Part shown: piece after piece, positions 1 to 12,854 of the stretch
Position numbering within the stretch: position 1 is the first letter of the stretch
Layout of the letters: every line of letters starts with the position of its first letter
Origin: Algiphilus sp.
Lineage (GTDB): Bacteria; Pseudomonadota; Gammaproteobacteria; Nevskiales; Nevskiaceae
DNA length: 64,000 nucleotides
NCBI RefSeq assembly: GCF_965216485.1
Contig: NZ_OZ244162.1
Coordinates: 865,385 to 929,384, forward strand
Reading direction: 5' to 3'
Made by a program: the position numbers and the translations under genes
Notes under the pieces: model-generated
Told to the model about the DNA's origin: nothing
The model's input: the letters and a program-made list of their open reading frames with translations, nothing else
The model's database searches: none

Positions 1-1
1 G

Positions 2-679
2 GGCGACGTCTTCTATCTGCACTCCCGTCTGCTTGAGCGCGCCGCGCGCGTGTCGGCGGAATACGTCGAGAAGATCACCGACGGCCGCGTCAAGGGCCAG
101 ACCGGCTCGCTGACCGCGCTGCCGATCATCGAAACCCAGGCCGGTGACGTTTCCGCCTTCGTTCCGACCAACGTGATTTCCATTACCGACGGTCAGATCT
201 TCCTTGAGACCGACCTGTTCAACGCCGGTATCCGCCCGGCCATGAACGCCGGTATCTCGGTATCGCGCGTGGGTGGTGCGGCGCAGACCAAGATCATCAA
301 GAAGCTCGGCGGCGGTGTCCGTCTGGCCCTGGCGCAGTACCGCGAACTCGCGGCCTTTGCGCAGTTCGCCTCGGATCTCGATCCGGCGACCCGTGCCCAG
401 CTCGACCGCGGTCAGCGCGTCACTGAGCTGATGAAGCAGAAGGAATACTCACCGCTGTCCGTGGGCCTGATGGCCAGCTCGCTGTTCGCCATTGAAGAAG
501 GCTACCTGGACAAGGTCGCGGTCGAGAAGATTCAGGCCTGGGAGGCCGGTCTGCACCAGTTCCTGTCCAGCGAACACGGTGCCCTGGTCGACGAGCTGAA
601 CAAGGGTGACTGGAACGACGATCTCAAGAAGCGTCTGACCGACGCCATGGACGCCTACGTCAAGCAGGCTGCGGTCTGA
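2..679 (+). CDS. atpA: F0F1 ATP synthase subunit alpha, C-terminal part (5' end lies upstream of the window)
   Basis: Frame open from base 2 reads [16 protein letters not shown]...[59 protein letters not shown], the conserved AtpA C-terminal region. It is followed by atpG-atpD-atpC in canonical order. Confidence 0.95.
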   Translation, partial: GDVFYLHSRLLERAARVSAEYVEKITDGRVKGQTGSLTALPIIETQAGDVSAFVPTNVISITDGQIFLETDLFNAGIRPAMNAGISVSRVGGAAQTKIIKKLGGGVRLALAQYRELAAFAQFASDLDPATRAQLDRGQRVTELMKQKEYSPLSVGLMASSLFAIEEGYLDKVAVEKIQAWEAGLHQFLSSEHGALVDELNKGDWNDDLKKRLTDAMDAYVKQAAV

Positions 680-723
680 TCCGGATCGAGATGTTGCTTC
701 CCCGCCCAATGGAGGACCGCTAA

Positions 724-1596
724 GTGTCAGCAGCCAAGGAAATCCGCGGCAAGATCAAGAGCGTCCAGAACACGCAGAAGATCACGCGTGCGATGGAAAA
801 AGTGGCCATGTCGAAAATGCGCAAGGCGCAGGAACGCATGGCCCAGGCACGCCCCTATGCGCACAAGATGACGGAAGTCATGCAGCGCGTCGCGGCGGCC
901 AGCTCGGACTACACCCATCCGCTGATGGCAGAGCGTCCGGTCAAGCGGGTGACCTACCTGCTCGTGACCACCGATCGCGGTCTGTGTGGCGGCCTCAACA
1001 TCAACATCTTCCGCAAGGTGTTGGCCGAGATGAAGCGACACCGCGACGAAGGCGTCGAGGTACAGTTCGCGCTGCTCGGCAGCAAGGGCCTCGCCTACTT
1101 CAGGCGGCTCGGCGGCAAGGTGCTGGCGTCGGCCACCGGTCTCGGTGACAAGCCGACCATGCAGGACATGCTGGGCGTGATCAATGCGGTCACCACCTCC
1201 TACGAACAGGGCGAGACCGACCGCGTCTATCTGGTGTCCTCGAAGTTCGTGAACACCATGACGCAAAAGGCGGAAATCGCGCAGCTGCTGCCGGCCAAGG
1301 CACCGGAAGCCGAGATGACCACCGAAGGCGGCTTCGGTTGGGACTACATCTACGAGCCCTCGGCACCCGAGCTGATGGATACCGTGGTCCAGCGCTATGT
1401 CGAGTCGCTGGTCTACACCGCGGTGGTCGAGAACGCAGCCTGCGAACAGTCCGCCCGAATGGTGGCGATGAAGGCCGCCTCGGACAACGCCGGCAAGATC
1501 ATCGACGACCTGCAGCTCGCCTACAACAAGGCGCGTCAGGCCAACATCACGAAGGAGCTCGCCGAGATCGTCGGCGGCGCCGCGGCGATCGAATAA
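724..1596 (+). CDS. atpG: F0F1 ATP synthase subunit gamma
   Basis: GTG start. The N-terminus AKEIRGKIKSVQNTQKITRAMEKVAMSKMRKAQ and the C-terminus NITKELAEIVGGAAA are typical of gamma subunits. It sits between atpA and atpD. Confidence 0.95.
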   Translation: MSAAKEIRGKIKSVQNTQKITRAMEKVAMSKMRKAQERMAQARPYAHKMTEVMQRVAAASSDYTHPLMAERPVKRVTYLLVTTDRGLCGGLNINIFRKVLAEMKRHRDEGVEVQFALLGSKGLAYFRRLGGKVLASATGLGDKPTMQDMLGVINAVTTSYEQGETDRVYLVSSKFVNTMTQKAEIAQLLPAKAPEAEMTTEGGFGWDYIYEPSAPELMDTVVQRYVESLVYTAVVENAACEQSARMVAMKAASDNAGKIIDDLQLAYNKARQANITKELAEIVGGAAAIE

Positions 1597-3042
<1,446 letters not shown>

Positions 3043-3060
3043 TCCGCGGACGATTAGCTC

Positions 3061-3483
3061 ATGGCAGAACTCCAGCTCGACATCGTCGCCAACGAAGGCG
3101 AGATCCATTCCGGCAAGGCGGTCATGGTGGTCGCACCGGCGGCACAGGGTGAGGTCGGTATCGCGCCGCGCCACGCCCCCCTGCTGACCTCCCTCAAGCC
3201 GGGCGAAATGCGGGTGGAGACCACTGACGGCCAGCGTCTGACCTTCTTTGTCGGTGGTGGCATCCTCGAGGTGCAGCCGGATCGCGTGTCGGTGCTCGCC
3301 GACACCGCGCTGCGCAGCGAAGATGCCGATGAAGCCGCCGCGGCCGAAGCTAAGAAGGCCGCCGAGGCCTCCATGGAAGGCGCGGAGTCGGAATCCGATC
3401 TCGAACGCGCCCAGGCCGAACTGGCCGCCGCGGCCGCGCGACTTGAGTTCGTACGCAAGCTCAAGGGCAGCACCCACAAGTAA
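3061..3483 (+). CDS. atpC: F0F1 ATP synthase subunit epsilon
   Basis: 140 aa, directly after atpD. It has a beta-sandwich N-terminal region (LDIVANEGEIHSGKAVMVVAPAAQGEVGIAPRHAPLLT) and a helical Ala/Glu-rich C-terminus. Confidence 0.92.
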   Translation: MAELQLDIVANEGEIHSGKAVMVVAPAAQGEVGIAPRHAPLLTSLKPGEMRVETTDGQRLTFFVGGGILEVQPDRVSVLADTALRSEDADEAAAAEAKKAAEASMEGAESESDLERAQAELAAAAARLEFVRKLKGSTHK

Positions 3484-3490
3484 TCCCGAG

Positions 3491-3512
3491 GCCGCCAGCA
3501 TCTGCTGGCGGC
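3491..3512 (+). terminator. GC-rich hairpin after atpC (possible atp operon terminator or attenuator)
   Basis: Perfect 9-bp inverted repeat GCCGCCAGC-atct-GCTGGCGGC, 8 nt after the atpC stop. No T-run follows. Confidence 0.45.
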
Positions 3513-3545
3513 GCCTCAGCCCGCGCTCCCCTACACTGGCGGGTC

Positions 3546-4967
3546 ATGGATAGTCGCAACCCCCTACACGTCATCGTCCTTGCGGCGGGCCAGGGCACGC
3601 GCATGCAAAGCGCATTGCCCAAGGTGCTGCATCCCGTCGCCGGACGCCCCATGCTCGCGCACGTACTGACGACTGTCGCACGCCTGAAGGCGGCGGCCTG
3701 TCATGTCGTGATCGGCCACGGTGGTGACATCGTGCAGCGTGAAATCCAGCCGCCCGAAGGCCTGGCGCTGTGCTGGGCCGAACAGCACGAGCAGCTCGGT
3801 ACGGCCCACGCCGTGGCGCAGGCCATACCGGCGGTGCCCGATGCGGCACAGGTGCTCGTCATGTACGGCGATGTGCCGCTGGTCCAGCCCGAGACGCTGG
3901 CGCAACTGCTGGAGGCGGGCGATACCACCGGCGCCCTGCTCGCCACCGAACTCGCAGACCCCAGCGGCTACGGCCGCTTGCTGCGCACCGTCGACGGCCG
4001 ACTCGCGGCCGTCGTCGAGGACAAGGACGCGACCGCCGAGCAGCGCCAGGTCCGAGAGATCAACACCGGCTTCGTCTGCGCCCCTGCGCGCAAGCTGCGC
4101 GATTGGCTGGCCCGCATCGATAACGACAACGCCAAGGGCGAGTACTACCTGACCGATCTCGTGGCCCTGGCCGCGGGAGAGGGAGCACCGCTGGCGGTTG
4201 CCACGGCCGCGGAGGCCGCCGATGTCGAAGGCGTCAACGACCGTGTGCAACTGGCGCGCGCCGAGCGCCGTTTCCAGGCGCGTCAGGCCGAGGCGGTGAT
4301 GCGCGCGGGCGTCAGTCTGCGCGATCCGGCGCGCTTTGATCTGCGCGGCACGCTGGAAGCGGGCCGCGACGTGGTCATCGATGCCGGTGTGATCATCGAG
4401 GGCCATGTGGTGCTCGCCGATGGCGTGCAGGTGGGTCCCTTCGTGCATCTGCGCAATGTCGAAGTCGGTGCGGGCAGCCGCATCCATTCGCACAGCGTGC
4501 TGGAATCCGCTGTGGTGGGGGCCGATTGCGATATTGGTCCCTTTGCACGGCTGCGGCCGGGGACGGAGTGCGCGGACGGCGCCCGGGTCGGCAACTTCGT
4601 CGAGATCAAGAACGCTTCCCTCGGGCCCGGCGCCAAGGCCAACCATCTGAGCTATCTCGGCGACGCCAGTGTCGGCGCGCGCGCCAATATCGGCGCGGGC
4701 ACCATCACCTGCAACTACGACGGGGCCAACAAGCATCGCACACGCATTGGTGAGGCCGCTTTCATCGGCAGTAATACCGCCCTGGTGGCACCGGTGGAAA
4801 TCGGCGATCGCGCCACCATCGCGGCCGGCTCCACGATCACCAGGAATGCACCGGCCGACGCGCTGACCCTGGCGCGTGCCCGCGAGCAGAAGTCATTGAG
4901 TGGCTGGAAGCGCCCGCAGAAGCGGTCTGCCAATGACCCGAGCGAGGGGCCGCAAGGCGGTCGCTGA
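3546..4967 (+). CDS. glmU: Bifunctional UDP-N-acetylglucosamine pyrophosphorylase / glucosamine-1-phosphate N-acetyltransferase
   Basis: N-terminal LAAGQGTRM nucleotidyltransferase motif. C-terminal hexapeptide-repeat (left-handed beta-helix) region ending NYDGANKHRTRIGEAAFIGSNTALVAPV. Conserved atp-glmU-glmS synteny. Confidence 0.93.
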   Translation: MDSRNPLHVIVLAAGQGTRMQSALPKVLHPVAGRPMLAHVLTTVARLKAAACHVVIGHGGDIVQREIQPPEGLALCWAEQHEQLGTAHAVAQAIPAVPDAAQVLVMYGDVPLVQPETLAQLLEAGDTTGALLATELADPSGYGRLLRTVDGRLAAVVEDKDATAEQRQVREINTGFVCAPARKLRDWLARIDNDNAKGEYYLTDLVALAAGEGAPLAVATAAEAADVEGVNDRVQLARAERRFQARQAEAVMRAGVSLRDPARFDLRGTLEAGRDVVIDAGVIIEGHVVLADGVQVGPFVHLRNVEVGAGSRIHSHSVLESAVVGADCDIGPFARLRPGTECADGARVGNFVEIKNASLGPGAKANHLSYLGDASVGARANIGAGTITCNYDGANKHRTRIGEAAFIGSNTALVAPVEIGDRATIAAGSTITRNAPADALTLARAREQKSLSGWKRPQKRSANDPSEGPQGGR

Positions 4968-4998
4968 GCAAACCGGCGACAGGACGAGAGAGAACAGC

Positions 4999-6825
<1,827 letters not shown>

Positions 6826-6933
6826 GGCCGCGCGCCCTCGGGGCGGCGTCCAAAAGTGCGCTAAGGTCGGTGCCCGTGTCGCAGCCGGCCACAGACCGCG
6901 TCGCACACGGCTATCGTCTGGAGGAGATTACCC

Positions 6934-9558
6934 ATGCCCCGTTTCCTGTCTGCGGCAATCGCCGCCGTCCTTGTTCTTGGAATGTCCGCCTGCGGGCGTT
7001 CTGAGGCTCCCGATGCGCCGGATAACCAAAGCGCACCGGATCGGCTGGTCAACGAAGAGACCGGCGATGTGGTCCCGCGTCAGCCCATGCGCGTACGCAA
7101 CGCCTTGCCGCCCGGCCAGAGTGGTTTCGTTTCGCTGACCGGCCAGGTCCAGGGTGCCGCAAGCGGTCAGCCGGGAGACTACGGTGCCCATCTCGACGAT
7201 CAGCGCCTGATGTACTGGAGCTTCCAGCTCAAGCCGGGCGGTTTTGCAGATATTTCCGAGTTGACGCCCGAACAGCCGCGTGAGGGCGTGCGTATCTACC
7301 GTGACGCGTTCGGCATCCCCATCGTCTATGCCGACGGCATGGCGAACGTGGGCTTCGGCACCGGCTATGCGCTGGCCCAGGATCGGCTCTTTCTGCAGGA
7401 CGCCGGCCGCCGCCTGGCGCGCGGCACGCTGGCCGAACTCACCGGCAACGGCGATGTGCCCAACGACATCCAGACCCGCGTGCTGACCTACTCCGAGGCC
7501 GAATACCAGGCCATGTTCGACCGTCAGAGCGAAGCGGTGCGCACCCTGGTGCAGGGCTTCGTGGATGGCACCAATGCCTGGATCGCCGAGGCACGGGCCA
7601 ATCCCACGTTGCTGCCGGCCGAATATGCCTTGCTGCAGACGCTGCCCGAGCCGGTGACAGTCACCGACGTGATGGCCGCGGGCGTACTCATCACCCGTTC
7701 GGTGGCCTCCGCGGGGGGCAATGAATTCGACAATGTGCGCGCACTGAAGGCGCTCACGGCGCAGCACGGTGCAGAGACCGCGAGCGCCATTTTCCGCGAC
7801 GTGTTGTGGTTCGACGATCGCAAGGCGGCCGTCACCGTTCCGCTGGAAGAGGGCACTTTCAGCAACGTCACGACGCCGACCGATCAGCGCGAAACCGTCT
7901 TCAACGCCATGGCGGATTTCGCGCTCGGTCTGCCCGATGATCTCGCCGAAGGGCCGGGGACCGGCGCCGCGCCGGTGCCTGCACTGCCCGATGCCGTTGG
8001 CGACCTGAGCCCCGATGGCCTCGGCACGGTGCTGGCGCGCCGCGTTCGCCAGATGTTCGATGTATCCGGCGGTGCCTCCTACATGCTGGCGGTCACCCCC
8101 GAGCGCAGTGCCAATGGCCGGCCACTGCTGTTCAACGGTCCTCAGCTCGGCTACTCCTATCCGAGCCAGCTCATGGAGATCGAGGTGCACGGCGCAGGCA
8201 TTGATGCGCGCGGCGCCACGGCGCCGCTGCTTCCCGTGGTGGGTATCGGCTACGGCGAACGTACGGCCTTCGGCGTCACCACCGGCAACTCCAAGACCAT
8301 CGACTCCTTCATCGAGACCTTGGCCGAGGACAACCCCAAGCAGTACCTGCACAACGGGGAGTTCAAGGACATGGCCTGCCGCATGGAGACCGTGCGTTAC
8401 CGCCAGGCGCAGCAGGGGGTGCCGCTTGGTCCCGACCTCTTCGCGGTGGAGGTGGAAGTCTGTCGCACCGTGCACGGCCCGGTGGTGGCACGCTCTGAAG
8501 ATGGACGCTTCGCGCGCACGCTGAACTACGCCATGTGGAATCGCGAGGTCGACACCATCAACGGCGTCATGAAGTGGGGCATGGTCGATACCTTTGAGGC
8601 ATTCGATGCCGCCATGCGCGAAGTGACCTGGAACGAGAACACCATGTACGTCGATGCCGATGGCAAGGTCGCCTATTACCACCCGGGCCTGCATCCGCTG
8701 CGTGCACCGGAAGGTGACCAGCGCTTCCCGCTGCCCGGCACGGGGGCTTTCGACCACGACGGCTTCATGGCTTTTGAACAACTGCCGCGCGTGGTCGATC
8801 CCAAGCAGGGCTACATCGCCAACTGGAACGAGAAACCGGCCTTTAGCTGGGGTGAGGGCGTGGGCGGCAATGCCCAGTCACTGCCCGCCGGACCGGCACA
8901 CCGCGTCACCAACTGGACGCAGCAGGCGGCGGCGGACGGGCAGATCAGCTTCGAGGACATCCTCGCCTTCGACAAGGAGGCCGGCATTCGCGACCCGCGC
9001 GCCGAAGCCGTGCTCCCCATCCTGCAGGCCCTGCGCGCCGACGCCACGCTGAGTGACCGTCAGACCGCGCTGATCGACACCGTACTGGCTTGGGACCGCA
9101 ATCACTATCGGGAAGACATCGACATCGAGGATGAAGACGCCACCGATACCCCCGGCGCGACGGTCTTCGACACCCTGGTCCGTGCCCTCATCGACGCACT
9201 CTTCGCCGATGACCTCCCGGAAAGTCTGATGGCCCGCATGACGGCGGTGGGCAATCACGAGTATGACGCGCCGCCTCTGTTGAACCTGGCCATCCGCATC
9301 CTGGACCCGGCGCAGTCGACGTTGAACACCCGCTTCGATTTCACCAACGGTCAGGGCACGGAAGCCACCCTCATCGCTGCCATCGACGCCGCCGATCAGC
9401 GCCTGCAGGCGCAATTCGAAACGACCGATATCGCGCGTTACACCCGCGTGCATCATCGCGACGAGGTGTGTTCTCTCACCGGCGGCATCATCGGCCCCTG
9501 CCTGACCATGCCGCACCAGGATCGCGGCTCCTGGAATCAGGCCATCGGTTTCGAGTAG
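6934..9558 (+). CDS. Penicillin/cephalosporin/acyl-homoserine-lactone acylase family protein (Ntn hydrolase, S45-like), lipoprotein
   Basis: GGAGGAG RBS 8 nt upstream. Lipobox LVLGMSAC. Internal autoprocessing-type site GGASYMLAV...RPLLFNGPQLGYSYPSQLMEIEVHG. 874 aa, as is typical for this family. Confidence 0.85.
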   Translation: MPRFLSAAIAAVLVLGMSACGRSEAPDAPDNQSAPDRLVNEETGDVVPRQPMRVRNALPPGQSGFVSLTGQVQGAASGQPGDYGAHLDDQRLMYWSFQLKPGGFADISELTPEQPREGVRIYRDAFGIPIVYADGMANVGFGTGYALAQDRLFLQDAGRRLARGTLAELTGNGDVPNDIQTRVLTYSEAEYQAMFDRQSEAVRTLVQGFVDGTNAWIAEARANPTLLPAEYALLQTLPEPVTVTDVMAAGVLITRSVASAGGNEFDNVRALKALTAQHGAETASAIFRDVLWFDDRKAAVTVPLEEGTFSNVTTPTDQRETVFNAMADFALGLPDDLAEGPGTGAAPVPALPDAVGDLSPDGLGTVLARRVRQMFDVSGGASYMLAVTPERSANGRPLLFNGPQLGYSYPSQLMEIEVHGAGIDARGATAPLLPVVGIGYGERTAFGVTTGNSKTIDSFIETLAEDNPKQYLHNGEFKDMACRMETVRYRQAQQGVPLGPDLFAVEVEVCRTVHGPVVARSEDGRFARTLNYAMWNREVDTINGVMKWGMVDTFEAFDAAMREVTWNENTMYVDADGKVAYYHPGLHPLRAPEGDQRFPLPGTGAFDHDGFMAFEQLPRVVDPKQGYIANWNEKPAFSWGEGVGGNAQSLPAGPAHRVTNWTQQAAADGQISFEDILAFDKEAGIRDPRAEAVLPILQALRADATLSDRQTALIDTVLAWDRNHYREDIDIEDEDATDTPGATVFDTLVRALIDALFADDLPESLMARMTAVGNHEYDAPPLLNLAIRILDPAQSTLNTRFDFTNGQGTEATLIAAIDAADQRLQAQFETTDIARYTRVHHRDEVCSLTGGIIGPCLTMPHQDRGSWNQAIGFE

Positions 9559-9579
9559 GCCCGGGCCGCCCCCTCTGGT

Positions 9580-9608
9580 CCGTCTGGCGGCGGGATGCCG
9601 CCAGACGG
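9580..9608. terminator. Bidirectional hairpin between the two convergent acylase genes
   Basis: Perfect 12-bp inverted repeat CCGTCTGGCGGC-gggat-GCCGCCAGACGG, centred in the 60-bp gap between stops at 9558 (+) and 9619 (-). Confidence 0.5.
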
Positions 9609-9618
9609 GCGAGTGGGC

Positions 9619-12084
9619 TTATTCGCTCAGCCGCTCGACGGTGAGGTTCGGGTCGGCCGCGATCTCCGCTTCCGTGAAGGGAAAGCGCACCCAGTCCTTC
9701 GCCGAGTAGCGTCGGGTCTGGTCCTTGTAGTGCGGGTTGGCCGGATCGGTGGACTGCGAGTAGGTCACGAAACCCTCCGCAATCGGGGTGCAGTCATTGC
9801 TGCAGCCCGGCTCCCAGGTCACGGTCTGGATGTAGCTGTTGCCGAATTTCACCGGGTACCCGGTCTCGTCCAGCGGTGCATCGCCGACCACGGTGAAGGA
9901 GCCAGTCGGGTTGCCCAGGCCGCCGAAGATCGGAATCCGTTCATCCGGATGGATACCGGAATACTGGATATCGCCCATGGGCGTATCCGGCGCGAAGCCC
10001 GCCGCATTGATGGCATTGATGGCATCGCCGAAGGCCAGCTGGACCTGCGGGTTCAGCACGTTCAGATCCCGCGGTGTGTTGACGGGGTCATTGGCGTCGA
10101 AGGGTGTCAGCCAGATCGGAACACTGGCCTGCTGGGCGCGGGTGAAGAATTCGCGCCACAGATGCCCGCCGCGGGAATCCAGATTGGTCGCCAGATCCCA
10201 GTCGGCCAGGGTCTGACAGGCTGTGGTGGCATCCACCGGACCATTCGACGACAACACGGTACCCGTGGGATTGCAGAGCTGGTCGACCACGGTGTCACGC
10301 GCCAGCCGGGCCGAGTAGAGATGGCTGGACAGGGCAATGTCCTGCAGCTGTTCCAGGGTGAAGCCGGTGTTGCCCTCCAGGCCGTCGACGACGTTGCCGA
10401 TGGTCTGCGCATCGCTGCCATCGATGCGCTCTTCGGCGTGCAGGATGCACAAGCGGGTGCGCAGACTGCGCTCGGTCTCCTCGGCGCCGATGATGCGCGC
10501 GAAGCCGGTGATCGGTTCGGCCGGATTGGTCAGCCAGTAGCTGTCATTGCAGTTGGTGACATAGTCGCTGCGCCGCTGCGTGGGCAGGTTCGATGGGCCG
10601 AAAATGCCGTCTGCCGGGGCGTCATCGTCGCTGTCCCAATCGCATTCAGAGCGCGAGCCGTCGAGCACAGGAAGACCAGGCAGAAGCTGAGCAAAGACGG
10701 GGGTCAGCAGCGAAGGGCAGGTCTGGACCTTGCTGTCGGGCACATTGGGCACCACGCTCACATCGCCGTAGTACGGGTCCTGTCCCGGGCCGACTGCCAC
10801 CGTGTTGACCCAAGGAATACCGAGCACGTCGCCGTGCAAGTCGATGAATTCCTCCAGGCTGTCGGCGCGGTTCCAGCGGAAGAACTGCTCGATGAGCCGG
10901 GTGTTCTCCAGATTCGCATCGCGCAGCGTATAGGCGGTGACGCCGTTCCAGGACAGTACCGGCACCCCGGATACCGAGAGTTCCAGCATCGGGCCGAAGC
11001 GCGAGCGGTACAGCGTGCGGGTCGACTCGGTCAGCGAGCCATCTGTTTCCTGGATCTGAATGCGGATGTCCTCGCTTTCCATGTCGACGAACTCGCCGTC
11101 GAAGAGGTACTGCGTGGGGTCGGCGGGGTTGAGCTTGAGTTCATAGAAACTGAAGCGGAAGGCGGTGGAGACCGTGTGGCTCCAGGCCAGATGCTCATTG
11201 AAGCCGATGAGGACCGCCGGAACGCCGTAGAGCGAGGAGCCGAAGATGTTGGCCGACGTATCGCCGGTCAGCGTGAGCTGCATCTGATACAGACGCTCGG
11301 TTCCGCGCCATGGAAAATGCGGGTTGCCGAACAGCATCGACTGCCCGTTCTGGGTGGCATCCGCGCCGAAGCCGTACATATTGCTGCCCAGGTTCTCCGG
11401 CAGCTCGAAAGGCAGCGCGTCCGCGGGAAGGGCGTCGAGCAGATCCTGCGGGTCCGGCGCGCCGCCCCCTGTTCCCGTGGCAGGGGGCGCCGCATTGGCG
11501 ATTTCCGTGGGGAACACCGAACTGCTTGCCAGCACGCCCAGGCGGATGTAGCGCCGATACATGTCGCTCAGATCGATGGGTCGGACCCAGGCGGCGTTGC
11601 GGCAGCTCTGGTGGCGGCCGGCGTGCTGGCCCCGTTTGATCTCCTTCACATAGCGCGAGAAGCCGGCGGCATAGCCGCGGCTCGCCGCCTCCGCCTCGGG
11701 AAGGGCGGCATCGGCCAGCTCCTGCAGGCGCTCATCGCTGATCAGAAAGCGCCAGAAGAAATCGGAATCCACGTTGCCTGCCGTGGCGCCATTGGCATGG
11801 ATGGTGTAGCTGCCGTCGCGTCCCAGAAACTCGGCGCGCTGCCCCTTGATGGTCAGGAACTCCTCGGCCAGCACGCAGAGGTTGTCGCGTGCCTGCACAT
11901 AGCCGATGCCGTAGCCCAGGCTGCCGTAGTCCGCGGCCTTGATGTGCGGGATGCCTCCCGTCGTGGTGCGCACGGTGGCATCGAAACCGTCATCGCTGGC
12001 GGACCCACCATTGCCGCCGCAACCGATCATGGTGGTTGTCAGCAGCGCAGCCGCCGCCATACGGAATGTCCGTCTCCCCATCAT
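9619..12084 (-). CDS. Acyl-homoserine-lactone/penicillin acylase family protein (Ntn hydrolase, PvdQ/QuiP-like), lipoprotein
   Basis: Lipobox TTMIGCGG. Nucleophile context LPENLGSNMYGFGADATQNGQSMLFGNPHFPW. 821 aa. Confidence 0.85.
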   Translation of the reverse strand: MMGRRTFRMAAAALLTTTMIGCGGNGGSASDDGFDATVRTTTGGIPHIKAADYGSLGYGIGYVQARDNLCVLAEEFLTIKGQRAEFLGRDGSYTIHANGATAGNVDSDFFWRFLISDERLQELADAALPEAEAASRGYAAGFSRYVKEIKRGQHAGRHQSCRNAAWVRPIDLSDMYRRYIRLGVLASSSVFPTEIANAAPPATGTGGGAPDPQDLLDALPADALPFELPENLGSNMYGFGADATQNGQSMLFGNPHFPWRGTERLYQMQLTLTGDTSANIFGSSLYGVPAVLIGFNEHLAWSHTVSTAFRFSFYELKLNPADPTQYLFDGEFVDMESEDIRIQIQETDGSLTESTRTLYRSRFGPMLELSVSGVPVLSWNGVTAYTLRDANLENTRLIEQFFRWNRADSLEEFIDLHGDVLGIPWVNTVAVGPGQDPYYGDVSVVPNVPDSKVQTCPSLLTPVFAQLLPGLPVLDGSRSECDWDSDDDAPADGIFGPSNLPTQRRSDYVTNCNDSYWLTNPAEPITGFARIIGAEETERSLRTRLCILHAEERIDGSDAQTIGNVVDGLEGNTGFTLEQLQDIALSSHLYSARLARDTVVDQLCNPTGTVLSSNGPVDATTACQTLADWDLATNLDSRGGHLWREFFTRAQQASVPIWLTPFDANDPVNTPRDLNVLNPQVQLAFGDAINAINAAGFAPDTPMGDIQYSGIHPDERIPIFGGLGNPTGSFTVVGDAPLDETGYPVKFGNSYIQTVTWEPGCSNDCTPIAEGFVTYSQSTDPANPHYKDQTRRYSAKDWVRFPFTEAEIAADPNLTVERLSE

Positions 12085-12207
12085 TGCTTGCTCCTTCGCG
12101 CTTCGTTCGAGCGCTTTGTTTCGTTGATATGACAGTGCCGCATGAGCCTAGCGCATTCGTGCCGCGGAGCGCGTCGCGCTGGCACGGTCGGGCTGGATGG
12201 ATTATTG

Positions 12208-12223
12208 TGGACCGAACGTTCCA
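12208..12223. promoter_or_regulatory. Candidate TetR operator (imperfect 16-bp palindrome)
   Basis: TGGACCGAACGTTCCA has 6 of 8 symmetric pairs and a perfect GAACGTTC core. It lies 14 nt upstream of the TetR start, in the divergent acylase/TetR intergenic region. Confidence 0.3.
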
Positions 12224-12236
12224 TAAAGAACTTCCC

Positions 12237-12854
12237 ATGGCGCGACCTTTGGCCTTTGACCGTGACCGTGCGCTGCGCAGCGCCACGCGCCTGTTCTGGA
12301 CGCGCGGATATCACGCCACGGCGATGCCGGCCTTGCTCGAGCAGATGGGTATCGCCCGCAGCAGCCTCTACGCCAGCTTCGGCGACAAGCGGCATCTGTT
12401 CATCGAGTGCCTGGATCTCTTCGGCCAGCAGACGGCACGTCTGGCGGATGCACCGCCGGGGGCGCCCGCGACCGACATCATCTGGGGCTTCTTCCACGCC
12501 ACCCTGCGGCAGGTACCGCAAGAGCAGTTGCGCAAGGGTTGCTTGCTGGTCAACAGCACGCTCGAACTCGCGGACAGTGAGCCGGCCTTGCGCGCGCGGG
12601 CCTCGGCGCAGTTGGAGTGCATCGAAAGGCGCTTTGCTCAGGCCTTCGAAGCGGCGGAGGCAGCGGGCACACTCAAGGCGCCGCTGGATGCCGTTGCGCT
12701 GGCGCGCTACGTCATGACTGTCAATCAGGGCCTGCGTGTGCGCAGCCGTCAAGGCATGCCGCGCGAGGCGCTGTGGGAGATCCTGACCACCAGTCTGGGC
12801 CTCATCGGTCTTGCACCACCACAACCACAGGGAGACCCATCACATGCCCACTGA
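12237..12854 (+). CDS. TetR/AcrR family transcriptional regulator
   Basis: Start moved to the internal ATG (MARPLAFDRDRALRSATRLFWTRGYHATAMPALLEQMGIARSSLYASFGDKRHLF is an N-terminal TetR HTH). Its stop overlaps the next gene by 11 nt. Confidence 0.85.
   Translation: MARPLAFDRDRALRSATRLFWTRGYHATAMPALLEQMGIARSSLYASFGDKRHLFIECLDLFGQQTARLADAPPGAPATDIIWGFFHATLRQVPQEQLRKGCLLVNSTLELADSEPALRARASAQLECIERRFAQAFEAAEAAGTLKAPLDAVALARYVMTVNQGLRVRSRQGMPREALWEILTTSLGLIGLAPPQPQGDPSHAH

Noticed and set aside
4968-4998. glmS ribozyme or riboswitch upstream of glmS.
   Set aside because: Only 31 nt separate glmU from the glmS start, which is too short for the ribozyme. That element is characteristic of Gram-positive bacteria, not of proteobacterial glmUS operons.
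6826-6933. Possible Tn7-type insertion (attTn7) downstream of glmS.
   Set aside because: Only 108 bp separate the glmS stop from the next gene. There are no tnsABCDE-like genes, no terminal repeats and no target duplication. The neighbouring acylase genes show no mobile-element features.
9595-12132. Very long antisense or alternative-frame ORFs that mirror real genes. Examples: 9595-12132 (+, 845 aa), 1630-3501 (-, 623 aa), 6928-8781 (-), 14112-15962 (-), 30202-32079 (+), 33702-36245 (+), 52394-53596 (-) and 57997-59694 (+).
   Set aside because: Each lies entirely opposite, or out of frame to, a gene with clear family motifs. Their translations are Arg/Gly/Ala/Pro/His-rich with no recognisable motifs. 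Stop-free antisense frames are expected from the third-position GC bias of high-GC genomes.
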